Below the pieces are notes generated by a model. That model worked only from the letters and a program-made list of their open reading frames with translations. It made no database searches and was not told the origin of the DNA. A program made the translations under genes and the position numbers. Source: Thermoproteota archaeon (lineage in GTDB: Archaea; Thermoproteota; EX4484-205; JAAOZP01). From it: a DNA stretch of 64,000 nt. Location: assembly GCA_049700215.1 (NCBI GenBank), contig JBNAVT010000003.1:1366-65365 (forward strand), in the 5' to 3' direction. How positions within the stretch are numbered: the first letter of the stretch is position 1; each line of letters starts with the position of its first letter. Below are positions 48,987 to 58,362 of the stretch, in pieces.

Positions 48987-49067
48987 TTGTCGAATCATGC
49001 TTTTACAAGATATATAAGCATTTGCCGAGGCACGCGTGCACGTTAAGAATTTTAAAAATAGTTTAGG

Positions 49068-49823
49068 CTATTTTTCTCTAATGCCCTCCATAAACCTGCA
49101 GGCTTCCTCATAGGTCTGGGGTGTGCCTATGTCGAACCAGTATCCCCGGAAAACATATCCGTACACAGGTTCGTTCCTGCATAGCCAGGACACGAAGTGC
49201 CCTGGGCTATCCCTGTGCCCGCCCTCTTCAACGTATCTCTTGATTTTTACGAGCGACCTCCATGGAAACATGTAGATAGCGGTGGCTATCATGGTTGAAG
49301 CCGGGTTTACAGGCTTCTCGACGAAATCCACTATTCTACCGTCTTCAGCAAGCTTGACGCAGGAATACATTTTAACAAGCTCAATGCTCCCAACATCGTA
49401 AAGCGCCACAACCGGTGCATTCTTACTCCGGTAGAACTCGAGGAACTCCGTTAAATCAAGCGAGAAAAGGTTGTCGCCCGCTATAATCAGGTATTCGTCC
49501 TCTTCAATAGTGTCAACAAGCATCGCCAGCGACAATATGGTTCCAGGCTTCTCCTCCTCCCGTGTGCTCCCCTCGACCTGGAGCCTCGTGTTAACATACC
49601 CTCTTGACCCCAGCCATTCTCTAAAATCCTTTTCAAACCTCCTGTTTACGGTGACGATCACTTCGCTGGGGTTTAACACCATTACTTTCTGCATGGTGTA
49701 GTCTATTATCGGCCTGCCGGAAACCTTAACCAGCGGCTTCGCCATGTGGACCCCGAGGTGTTGAAGACGCTTTGCAAACCCTCCCGCGGGGACTATTACC
49801 CTCAATGCTTCCGAATCTCTCAA
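49068..49823 (-). CDS. Sugar-phosphate nucleotidyltransferase family protein
   Basis: PAGGFAKRL, KPL, AGDNLF, FVEKP, WFDIGT. Confidence 0.88.
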   Translation of the reverse strand: MRDSEALRVIVPAGGFAKRLQHLGVHMAKPLVKVSGRPIIDYTMQKVMVLNPSEVIVTVNRRFEKDFREWLGSRGYVNTRLQVEGSTREEEKPGTILSLAMLVDTIEEDEYLIIAGDNLFSLDLTEFLEFYRSKNAPVVALYDVGSIELVKMYSCVKLAEDGRIVDFVEKPVNPASTMIATAIYMFPWRSLVKIKRYVEEGGHRDSPGHFVSWLCRNEPVYGYVFRGYWFDIGTPQTYEEACRFMEGIREK

Positions 49824-49930
49824 AGGATGATTGAAATAAACTTTTTATCTTTGGCTAGAATCCTGATCATCCGGTAAAACTTTTTATATCTTGAGGGTTT
49901 ACTCCGTGAACCGGATGTGAAAAAACAGGC

Positions 49931-51358
49931 ATGAGCGGGGAGAAAAGTCTTGCTTTCACGATAGATGCTCAAATAACCCCTTCAGACTACGCCAGCCTGG
50001 CTGATTTCATATACCAGAACTATGTTGCTCCGAATTTGAAGCATTTTACGAATGTTGTTAGAAACGTTTCTGAGACAGGATGTTTCCTCTACTTTAGTGC
50101 TGTCGATCCAGATAGGGAATGGTATATCGATGTTCAGATAAGTATTGGAAAACCAATTAATGTCAGAATGGTTTTAAGCGGTAGCGAGGTTCCCGCGTCA
50201 GCTGTACACTTGTTGAAAAGCAACCTGGTGGCTGCAGTCCGGTTTTTCGAAGAACAGCGTAGGAAAACAACTGTCTACTTCACCTGGGTCGAGGGCGAGG
50301 AAATAATACCTGAAAGGGTTCTTGAGGCGCGTAAGAATTTCGTCTACCGGATGTTTTCGGAAAGCATGCTTCTCCTCTTCATACTATTCACCTCGCTCAG
50401 CATTATTCTCTTCTTAGCCCTAGGAGCGTACGCTCCAATAGTTCTTGTAATGCTACAGTTCATGCTGATCCTTTTCTCAGACAGAATTATCGGGAGAATG
50501 GGGGATTGGCGGATCACTGAGAAAAACCCCCTGGTACATGTTTTCCAGTATAGTATTCCGGTTTCAGAATACAAGTCTTTTCTAAACAAGCATGGAGCAG
50601 AAACATTCTCAAAGATTAAGAAGGAGATTTACAGCAGGACCCTCGCGCTCAGGAAGCCGATAGACTATGAAACTTGCGCGGAAGTCCTATCCCAATACGG
50701 GTTGGAGTGTAACTCGGAAAGAGCTTCTGCGAAGATTGTGAACCTGTATGAGATTGTAAAGAAGGCGGCGGAGAGGTTTGAGCTTTCAGTGCCTAAGATA
50801 GTTGTCTCCAACACCACTCTGCCTAATGCTGCAGCCTCCGGACCCTGGCCGAGCCGTGGAGTAATCCTGGTTACCACAGGGTTGCTTGTCCAGCTTGACG
50901 ATAATGAGATACTGAGCGTTATTGGGCATGAGTTCAGCCATCTTAAAGGGAGAGACCCGTTGATCCTCTTTCTCCTTACCTCCATGGAGTATCTTCTCAG
51001 GTTTTACGTTTTCTGGCCACTGTTATACTTCCTAGGATACTTCTATCTTATGCTTGCTCTCGGAGCCGTATACTTCATAGCCAAGTTCTTCGAGTCCAAG
51101 GCTGACTTAGAGTCCGCCATTAGAATAGGCGAGCCCCAGAACCTTGCAAACGCTTTGAGGAAAATAGGTTTCCGCCGGCTTCAGCTGGAAATGCGGCAAG
51201 GATACGCTATTCAAGAATGGTTGGGATGGGACCCGCACCCTCCCCTCTATTTCAGAATATCCAGGCTGGAAAGCCTTAAAGAGCCGAGTGAGATAAGGCA
51301 CCCCTTTATAAGATCCATAAAAGACAATATACTTGGTTTTTTGGAAATAATTAGATAA
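49931..51358 (+). CDS. M48 (HtpX-like) zinc metalloprotease with N-terminal extension
   Basis: PNAAASG, TTGLL, HEFSH, ESKAD, HPP. Confidence 0.85.
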   Translation: MSGEKSLAFTIDAQITPSDYASLADFIYQNYVAPNLKHFTNVVRNVSETGCFLYFSAVDPDREWYIDVQISIGKPINVRMVLSGSEVPASAVHLLKSNLVAAVRFFEEQRRKTTVYFTWVEGEEIIPERVLEARKNFVYRMFSESMLLLFILFTSLSIILFLALGAYAPIVLVMLQFMLILFSDRIIGRMGDWRITEKNPLVHVFQYSIPVSEYKSFLNKHGAETFSKIKKEIYSRTLALRKPIDYETCAEVLSQYGLECNSERASAKIVNLYEIVKKAAERFELSVPKIVVSNTTLPNAAASGPWPSRGVILVTTGLLVQLDDNEILSVIGHEFSHLKGRDPLILFLLTSMEYLLRFYVFWPLLYFLGYFYLMLALGAVYFIAKFFESKADLESAIRIGEPQNLANALRKIGFRRLQLEMRQGYAIQEWLGWDPHPPLYFRISRLESLKEPSEIRHPFIRSIKDNILGFLEIIR

Positions 51359-51416
51359 AAACCCTAGAAGATTAGTTTTTAAGATTATTAAAGCCAACCC
51401 TCTATTCTTATTCAGA

Positions 51417-51941
51417 TTGAAGTTCAGGAGAATACTCTTAGCAATACTCGTCTCAGTTCTTGCCATCATTCTCTATACCTCTACGAGGCATGCAAACACC
51501 CCCCAGGCAAACTATGCTAGCGGGAAAATTTTAAGCGTTCCCTTCGTCAAGCAGGGACCCGGCCTTTGCTCCGAGGCCTCCGCCAGCATGGTTCTCCTAT
51601 ATTACGGTTTAAACTTCTCGCAAGAGGAGATAAACGCGATGGGGTTCGATAGGTTTGAAAACATGCTTCCCTTCTTAGACAAGCATATTTACTGCTCGTA
51701 TAAATCGCTTTCAATAGGAGAATTGAGAGAAGAAATCTGTAAAGGCAATCCCGTAATCATCAGGTTAAGAATCGGGTTCAGCCTCCATACGGTAGTGGCT
51801 GTTGGATATGAAGATAATTGGCTAATTATGCACGACCCTGCATCAGGACCCTTCGTACTGGTAAGGGTAGATGAATTGTTTATTTCTTCGTGGGCGGCGA
51901 CTAACTATGCTTCAATAGTTTCACGTGGCCGCAAGCCTTGA
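51417..51941 (+). CDS. C39-like cysteine peptidase, membrane-anchored or secreted
   Basis: N-terminal hydrophobic segment; VPFVKQ...C, HTVVAVGY, HDP. Confidence 0.75.
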   Translation: MKFRRILLAILVSVLAIILYTSTRHANTPQANYASGKILSVPFVKQGPGLCSEASASMVLLYYGLNFSQEEINAMGFDRFENMLPFLDKHIYCSYKSLSIGELREEICKGNPVIIRLRIGFSLHTVVAVGYEDNWLIMHDPASGPFVLVRVDELFISSWAATNYASIVSRGRKP

Positions 51942-52019
51942 AACATTTTCTTTCCTCGCGAGAAAGAGTTTCTCCAGCTAGCAGAAATTCATAAATCTAA
52001 GCGTCCAGGGAGAAGACTG

Positions 52020-52916
52020 ATGAAACCGGATCTATTATGCATCCCATGCACTGTAAACGCTACCTTAGACATAGCTCTTAAGGCGACGAGCGACCCAGAT
52101 ATAATCAGGGAAATACTTTTAGAATCCTTAAGATGGATCCCGAGGGCTTTCGAAGAGGATGCTTCGCCCAACGTCCTCCACTCGCAAGCATTCAGGATTA
52201 CTCGAAAAATAACCGGAGTGAGGGACCCTTTTAAGCATGTTAAGACTGCCTCGAATGAAACAGCCTTAAAGTTTTACCAAGGCCTGTGTGAAACGCTTGA
52301 ATCAATCCGAGATAATGTTGAAGCGCTGAGGTTTTGCCTTAAAACATCCATAATTGGAAACATGATGGATTTTGAAGTCCACGGGCATCGCTTCAATCTT
52401 GAAAGCATGGAGACGCGGTTTAAAGACTATTTGAAGGAGGATCTGGCGATCGACGATGTGGATAAGCTGTGCGAAGCAATCAGCGGTGGGAATAAGATTC
52501 TTTACCTAGCGGATAATGCGGGGGAAATAGTCTTTGATAAGCTTGTCGCAAAATGTCTGAAAGAAAGATGGGGGTGCAGTGTCACGATGGTTGTTAAGGA
52601 TGGGCCTGTTTTGAACGACGCTACCCTGGAAGACGCTGAGTACGTTAGGCTTGGCGAGACGTGTGATAAAATTCTTACTACTGGAGATGACACTATAGGA
52701 GTCGTTTTAAATAGGGTTTCTGGAGAGTTTAAGCAGGCCTTGAACGACTCAGACATAGTAGTAGCAAAAGGCCAGGGAAACTTCGAATCACTCACCGGGC
52801 TTGAAAAAAATATTTGCAAGCCTGTTTGCTATGTTCTGAGGGTTAAGTGCGAGGTCGTCGGTAGAAACCTCAGTGTCCCAAAGGATTCTAACGTGGTTAA
52901 GCTTGTGCGTTTATAG
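52020..52916 (+). CDS. DUF89/ARMT1-like damage-control phosphatase
   Basis: CIPC, DPFKHVK, GNMMDF, ADNAGE, NDAT, KGQGNFE. Confidence 0.88.
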   Translation: MKPDLLCIPCTVNATLDIALKATSDPDIIREILLESLRWIPRAFEEDASPNVLHSQAFRITRKITGVRDPFKHVKTASNETALKFYQGLCETLESIRDNVEALRFCLKTSIIGNMMDFEVHGHRFNLESMETRFKDYLKEDLAIDDVDKLCEAISGGNKILYLADNAGEIVFDKLVAKCLKERWGCSVTMVVKDGPVLNDATLEDAEYVRLGETCDKILTTGDDTIGVVLNRVSGEFKQALNDSDIVVAKGQGNFESLTGLEKNICKPVCYVLRVKCEVVGRNLSVPKDSNVVKLVRL

Positions 52917-52975
52917 AATGTTCGTTGAACAAGCTTCCAAAAACTTTATTAGGTTTTATTGTTTGAATACTACCT

Positions 52976-53836
52976 ATGAAGAAGGGGATAAATCTTTGGA
53001 GTGTTGAATGGCCAAGCATTCTGAGGGAGCTTGACAATAAGAAGCTTGCTAGGAAGCTTAGGGAGGTCGGCTACGACGGGGTTGAGCTCGTCTTCGACGA
53101 CAGCAGTTTCGACCCGATTAGGAAGACGGGGGAGGAGATACGGAGGACGGCTGAGGATTTCAAGTCGGAAGGCCTCGAGATACCTAGCGTTGCCACGGGC
53201 GTCTTCTGGAAGTATAATCTCGGCTCAAGCGATGAAAAAACTAGGGGTAAAGGCGTCGAGTATGGTAAGGCTGGTGTTAAAATGGCTAGCATTGTTGGAG
53301 CATCATCCATCCTCGTTGTCCCAGGCGTTGCCTCCCCGGAGATACCTTACGAGGAGCTTTACGTCAACTCTCTAAAATCCGTGAAAGAACTTGCAGAGTT
53401 CGCGGAGACCCATAACGTGACGATAGCTGTCGAAAACGTCTGGAACAAGTTCCTCTACTCCCCGATGGAGTTTAAGAAATTTATAATTGACGTTGGAATG
53501 GAGAATGTAAAAGTATATCTTGACGTTGCCAACCTGCTTGCAATATCCCACCCTGAAAACTGGATCCACAGCCTTGGAAGCATGGTGTCGAACGTGCATG
53601 CTAAGGATTTCGACACCAGCGTGGGAAACATAAACGGGTTTAGGAATGTGCTCAAAGGAAATGTGGACTGGAGGAAAATTATCAAGCTGCTTAAAGCAGC
53701 AGGATACGACGGGTATCTGACTGTAGAGTGCCCGCCAAGTTTCAACCCCTTGTTTAAGACCCCTACCGTTAAGGATATTCTGGAGAACGCTGAGGAAAAC
53801 TGCAGGGCGCTTGAGAAAGTCATGAAAGGGTTTTGA
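52976..53836 (+). CDS. Sugar phosphate isomerase/epimerase (hexulose/ribulose-phosphate epimerase-like)
   Basis: VENVWNKFLYSP, DVAN, HAKDF. Confidence 0.85.
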   Translation: MKKGINLWSVEWPSILRELDNKKLARKLREVGYDGVELVFDDSSFDPIRKTGEEIRRTAEDFKSEGLEIPSVATGVFWKYNLGSSDEKTRGKGVEYGKAGVKMASIVGASSILVVPGVASPEIPYEELYVNSLKSVKELAEFAETHNVTIAVENVWNKFLYSPMEFKKFIIDVGMENVKVYLDVANLLAISHPENWIHSLGSMVSNVHAKDFDTSVGNINGFRNVLKGNVDWRKIIKLLKAAGYDGYLTVECPPSFNPLFKTPTVKDILENAEENCRALEKVMKGF

Positions 53837-53839
53837 GGC

Positions 53840-54334
53840 TTGCGCAGAATACAGATAAGGAGGAAGGAGGTAGCCCGACTTATCGAAGACGCTAAAAACC
53901 AGAAAATCTCGTTTAAACTAGACAGATTGGAGTCTGCGGAGGTTGTTGAGCTGGAGGACGCTAAAATACTTCTTTTAAACAGAACCCCCGCGTTAATCGT
54001 TTTCCCGGATGGAAGGGTCATCCCGCATCTTCAAGGCCTTGGAAGAATAACAGTCTGTCCAATAGTGGTTGTGGACAAAGGTGCTGTAGAGTACGTGGTT
54101 AAGGGTGCTGACGTGATGATCCCGGGAGTGGTTAAACACAGTAGTTTCAGCAAGGGGGAGCCGGTTGCAGTTGTTTCAGAGGAGTATGTTGCGATAGCAG
54201 TGGGAGTGGCTCTTCAAGGCTCTGAGACGATTACCAAGGGGACGAGGGGAAAGATTGTTAAAAACCTGCATAAGCCTAACGACAAGTTTTTCACAGTGCT
54301 CTCAGGCCCAGCCGAAAGTGTTGAAGACGCGTAG
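53840..54334 (+). CDS. PUA-domain RNA-binding protein (Tma20/MCT-1-like)
   Basis: VVDKGAV...GADVMIPGV, NLHK. Confidence 0.82.
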   Translation: MRRIQIRRKEVARLIEDAKNQKISFKLDRLESAEVVELEDAKILLLNRTPALIVFPDGRVIPHLQGLGRITVCPIVVVDKGAVEYVVKGADVMIPGVVKHSSFSKGEPVAVVSEEYVAIAVGVALQGSETITKGTRGKIVKNLHKPNDKFFTVLSGPAESVEDA

Positions 54335-54389
54335 CTTCCGCCGGAATCGTTTTTAAGCAATGCGTCCCGCTGGTATTCCAAAGGATCCC

Positions 54390-54776
54390 CTAACCTTTTT
54401 CAACGAGTATTTCCTCCCCATCTTTAACCTTTTTGAAGCCTTCTAGATCACCCTCTATCTTGGCGAAAACGTTAACAGGACTGTAGGCGACAATCTTCCC
54501 CTTTCTAGACACGGGAGTCGGGCCGAAGAATATGCAGAGGGCTCTTCCAGGAGGCCAGTAGGCGACATCCCCCTTCTCAACCTCTCTACGCGAATTCTCC
54601 TCCGGTAGGTTAACGGGGATTTCGAAATATATTTCCTCACCCCAAGTGTTTGCAGAACCTTTGAACGGAAGAGCTTTAAGAATGCCCTCGACAGTCCTAG
54701 GGTTTAACTCAGGCAGAAGCACGGCTCTCTTTACACCTATTGACCTGCTTTTTATTAGGATTATTCCCGTCGACAC
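54390..54776 (-). CDS. Cyclophilin-like fold protein (DUF369)
   Basis: WGEEIYF, GDVAYWPPG.ALCIFFGPTP. Confidence 0.85.
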   Translation of the reverse strand: MSTGIILIKSRSIGVKRAVLLPELNPRTVEGILKALPFKGSANTWGEEIYFEIPVNLPEENSRREVEKGDVAYWPPGRALCIFFGPTPVSRKGKIVAYSPVNVFAKIEGDLEGFKKVKDGEEILVEKG

Positions 54777-54811
54777 AGTATTGTGAACATTAAGGCTGTT
54801 TAAAAACTTAG

Positions 54812-56821
54812 CTAGACAGGGAACAGTGCGTGCTCGAGAAGTATTATTTCAAAAGTTAGGGCGGTCATTATGATGCTCTTCATCAGAATCGTTAGAGAGG
54901 GGCCGACCACATCCTTAAGCGGGTCTCCGAAAGTATCGCCCGTTACGACGGCTGACCGCAGGGCCTCATCATTGTTCCCCGATAATTCGAAAAGCTTCTT
55001 AGTATTGTCGAAAGCACCTCCTATCAGGATATACTTAATCCCTAGGATGGCGCTTGAACCAAGCAGGCCTATCAGCATGCCGGCTAAAGCATTAACTCCG
55101 AAAAGCAGCCCGAAGCCGATGAAAACAGCCTCAGCGATTAAAACAGGCAGGATCATCTGCTTCAAAGCGTTCAGTGTAGCTATTTTAACACACTTGTCGT
55201 AAGCAGGCGTATCCGATCCCGCGAGTATTCTGGGGTTCTCTCTAAACTGCTTCCTCACCTCATCAACCATTACTAGAGTCGTAGAGTTAACCGCGCTCAT
55301 TATGTATGAGGAGAACAGGAACGGTATGGCGATGCCTATTAGAAGACCGGCTGTGTGGAACGGGTTTGTAAGGTCAACCGGTCTTTTGCCAACAACGTAA
55401 TAATAGGTCATTAAGGCTATGAAAGCTGTGAAAGTGCCGCTTGCGAGAGCAAACGCTTTCGTATATGCTTTAGTAGTGTTTCCGATGGCGTCGAGAGCGT
55501 CGAACGCTCCATTATTGCCCCCGCCACACATCTCGTTTATTCCGCCAGCGTTATCGACTATCGGCCCGAATGCGTCCCAAGCCATCACTGTCCCTATGAG
55601 TATGTCTGTACCCAGGTTTGCTGCAACCAAGCCGTAGACATTACCGGTGGCAAGATAGGAGAATACCGCGGATGTTGAGACTAGGAAAACGGGTATTACT
55701 GCCCCCTTTAAACCGTAGGCGAAGCCGCTTATCATGTTTATAGCAGCACCCCTCTTAGCCGACTCATACATGTTTCTAACCGGGGAGGAGTTTACGCCAG
55801 TATAGTAGTTTGACACGATAGCCATGAGCAGGGTCACGATCAAACCGCTAAATCCAGCGTAGAAAAGCGTAACATCCCTCATGAAAATTGTTGAGACAAA
55901 ATATAGGCCGACTGCCGAGGAAACAGTTGAGACGGCAAGGCTTGTCAGAAAACTCTTCGTAGGATTACTGATTTTAAGCGCAACCATGATGCTTATTATA
56001 GTGGAGAGCAGCCCTACCGAGAGAAAGAGCGGTGAGAACAATAAGACCATCTGACCATACTTATCCATGAAACCCAGTCCTATTATCATGCTTGTAACTA
56101 TGTCCCCGCTTAGAGTTTCAAAAAGGTCGGCGCCCCTTCCAGCGCAGTCGCCAACATTATCCCCAACCAGGTCGGCGATCACCGCTGGGTTCCTAGGATC
56201 ATCCTCAGTAAGCCCATACTCAAGCTTCCCAACTAGATCAGCACCTATGTCTGCGCTCTTCGTAAATATTCCCCCGCCCATCTGGATGAAGATTGCAGTC
56301 AGGCTAGCGCCCATGGCGTATCCCGTTAGAAACTCCATGCTCAACCCAGACGAGTCTTCGCCCAGGAGGGAAACCAGTATTAATACTCCAAGCAGGCTCA
56401 GGCTTGCAACTGAAAGACCAGTTACTGAGCCGCCGCTTAAAGCTGTTTTCAAACCTTTAGAAACATCCCCGTTTACCGATTCCATGGTTCTGGCGTTCGC
56501 TTTCACAGCCACCTTCATCCCTACGAAACCCGAGGCTAGGGAAAACGCTGCTCCAAGCATGAATGCGAAAGCCGTTTTAACCCCTAGGAGGGTTAAGAGA
56601 AGCAGAGCGACTGCAGCATCGAAAACCATTATGACGGAGTATTCCGTTCGGAGGAATGCTGAGGCGCCTGACTCTATGTAGCCAGCTATCCTAGCTGCCT
56701 GAGGGTTTCTCAACCGGTGTTTAAGAACGTTTAGAGCTAAGACTATGATTGCCAGTAGGCTCGCTAACACGGAGCCCGAAACGATTATCTCTGGAGCAGA
56801 CGGAAGCCCTGTTGTAGCCAA
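54812..56821 (-). CDS. hppA: Membrane-bound ion-pumping pyrophosphatase
   Basis: GGIFTKSADIGADLVGKLE, EDDPRNP, DNVGD, GNTTKA, GDPLKD. Confidence 0.93.
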   Translation of the reverse strand: MATTGLPSAPEIIVSGSVLASLLAIIVLALNVLKHRLRNPQAARIAGYIESGASAFLRTEYSVIMVFDAAVALLLLTLLGVKTAFAFMLGAAFSLASGFVGMKVAVKANARTMESVNGDVSKGLKTALSGGSVTGLSVASLSLLGVLILVSLLGEDSSGLSMEFLTGYAMGASLTAIFIQMGGGIFTKSADIGADLVGKLEYGLTEDDPRNPAVIADLVGDNVGDCAGRGADLFETLSGDIVTSMIIGLGFMDKYGQMVLLFSPLFLSVGLLSTIISIMVALKISNPTKSFLTSLAVSTVSSAVGLYFVSTIFMRDVTLFYAGFSGLIVTLLMAIVSNYYTGVNSSPVRNMYESAKRGAAINMISGFAYGLKGAVIPVFLVSTSAVFSYLATGNVYGLVAANLGTDILIGTVMAWDAFGPIVDNAGGINEMCGGGNNGAFDALDAIGNTTKAYTKAFALASGTFTAFIALMTYYYVVGKRPVDLTNPFHTAGLLIGIAIPFLFSSYIMSAVNSTTLVMVDEVRKQFRENPRILAGSDTPAYDKCVKIATLNALKQMILPVLIAEAVFIGFGLLFGVNALAGMLIGLLGSSAILGIKYILIGGAFDNTKKLFELSGNNDEALRSAVVTGDTFGDPLKDVVGPSLTILMKSIIMTALTFEIILLEHALFPV

Positions 56822-56951
56822 TTTGAGCCACCATTAGTCCACCGTGTTAAGCCTGCGCCTGTATCAACTATTTTTAAACATTACGTATAGAGCTAAACAC
56901 CCCTGAGATTCTAATGAAAGCTTAATAACGCGGTTTTAAGCCTTATTCGAC

Positions 56952-57461
56952 ATGCGGAGAATCCTGCTGGTTTCTCATTGTATACTCAACCCATACAGTA
57001 AGGCGGTGGGACTACTGCGGGAGGAAAAAGTGGAGGCATCTAGGAGAATCGTCAACGCTCTTCTAGAGGATTTTGAAACTGGAGTAGTACAGCTCCCCTG
57101 CCCTGAACTACTGTATAAGGGTTTAGACAGGGAGCCCGCGTCCAGAGAATCCTACGATAATCCAGAGTTCAGACGTATCTGCCGGGATATTGCTGACCAA
57201 GCCGTGGAAATTGCAGCGAAATACGAGCGTGCAGGCGTCAGGATCATGGCATACCTGGGTGTAGAGGGAAGCCCGTCCTGCGGCGTTGAATGGACCCATT
57301 TCAGAATTGACAGGCCTGAGAGAGGGAGGGGAGTTTTCACTGAAGCTCTTTGCGAGGCGATGAACAAGGCTGGAATAAAGATTAGCCTTCTAGGCCTGCC
57401 TGAAAAAGAGAAGTATGGAAGCCTTGAGGAGCTTTTGAGAAAGCTTGAAGCATTAAGGTAG
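56952..57461 (+). CDS. DUF523/TudS-related Fe-S protein
   Basis: SHCILN, QLPCPE, GSPSCG, GVF. Confidence 0.8.
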   Translation: MRRILLVSHCILNPYSKAVGLLREEKVEASRRIVNALLEDFETGVVQLPCPELLYKGLDREPASRESYDNPEFRRICRDIADQAVEIAAKYERAGVRIMAYLGVEGSPSCGVEWTHFRIDRPERGRGVFTEALCEAMNKAGIKISLLGLPEKEKYGSLEELLRKLEALR

Positions 57462-57516
57462 AACAGTCTCAGCGAGGGCAAATCCTTTTTAAACACCCCG
57501 TCGTGGTGCTGTAGGC

Positions 57517-58362
57517 ATGGACTACGGGTTCGACACGTGGATCTACTCTATACTTGATGCGGAGAAGGCTCTTGGAAGGCTCAGGGGAAAAGGCGTTGGG
57601 TTTGTTGAACTATCTTACGAGCACTTATCCAAGATTTTTAAAGACGAGACTGTTGACTTGAAAGCTTTAAAGAGCATTAAGGAGGCTGCGGACAGTCTTG
57701 GCGTCAGGATTATTCAAGTCCACGGGCCTTTCGGAGAAATTGATCTAGAGCTTGCTTCGGAAGACTCCTCCCAGAGGGAGAAGGCGCTTAGAAAAATCTT
57801 CAACTGGATCAAGCATGTCGGCGAGCTTGAATGGGGTGTGCTGGTGCTGCACACAGTGAGGATAAGGGTTTCGGAGGAACATGATTTCCATAGGCTTGTT
57901 GAGAAGACTAGGCTTGCCAACGCACGGTTCTTTAAAGAGGCTTCTAAACACGCCTCGGAGTATGGTGTTAAGATAGCTGTGGAGAACAGGCTTGAATCCT
58001 GCTACGGCTCTCTGCCCAGAGACCTTTTAGAATTGGTTGAGGAGGTTGGCAGTGAAAGCCTCGGAGTATGCTTTGACACAGGGCATGCTAACGTGAACAA
58101 GCTGAGCACGCCCATGATGGTTGAAATGCTTAGGAAGCACCTAATAGCCACTCATATCCATGATAACGATGGGCATCATGATCAGCATCTTCCCCCTTTA
58201 ATGGGCGGCATAGACTGGGACGGGTTGATGAATGCTTTCTCACGGTCAGGCTACGGGAAGCCTCTGATCCTGGAGATCCATGAGTATGGCAGGCTGGATC
58301 TGGATGACAATGTGGTTAGAGCAACCAGAGTCCTAATGAATAGCCTACTTGGAAGAAGCTAA
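57517..58362 (+). CDS. Sugar phosphate isomerase/epimerase (TIM barrel)
   Basis: VEN, DTGHAN, HIHDNDG..DQHL, LE. Confidence 0.85.
   Translation: MDYGFDTWIYSILDAEKALGRLRGKGVGFVELSYEHLSKIFKDETVDLKALKSIKEAADSLGVRIIQVHGPFGEIDLELASEDSSQREKALRKIFNWIKHVGELEWGVLVLHTVRIRVSEEHDFHRLVEKTRLANARFFKEASKHASEYGVKIAVENRLESCYGSLPRDLLELVEEVGSESLGVCFDTGHANVNKLSTPMMVEMLRKHLIATHIHDNDGHHDQHLPPLMGGIDWDGLMNAFSRSGYGKPLILEIHEYGRLDLDDNVVRATRVLMNSLLGRS

Noticed and set aside
56067-56681. 204-aa plus-strand ORF
   Set aside because: Antisense to hppA.
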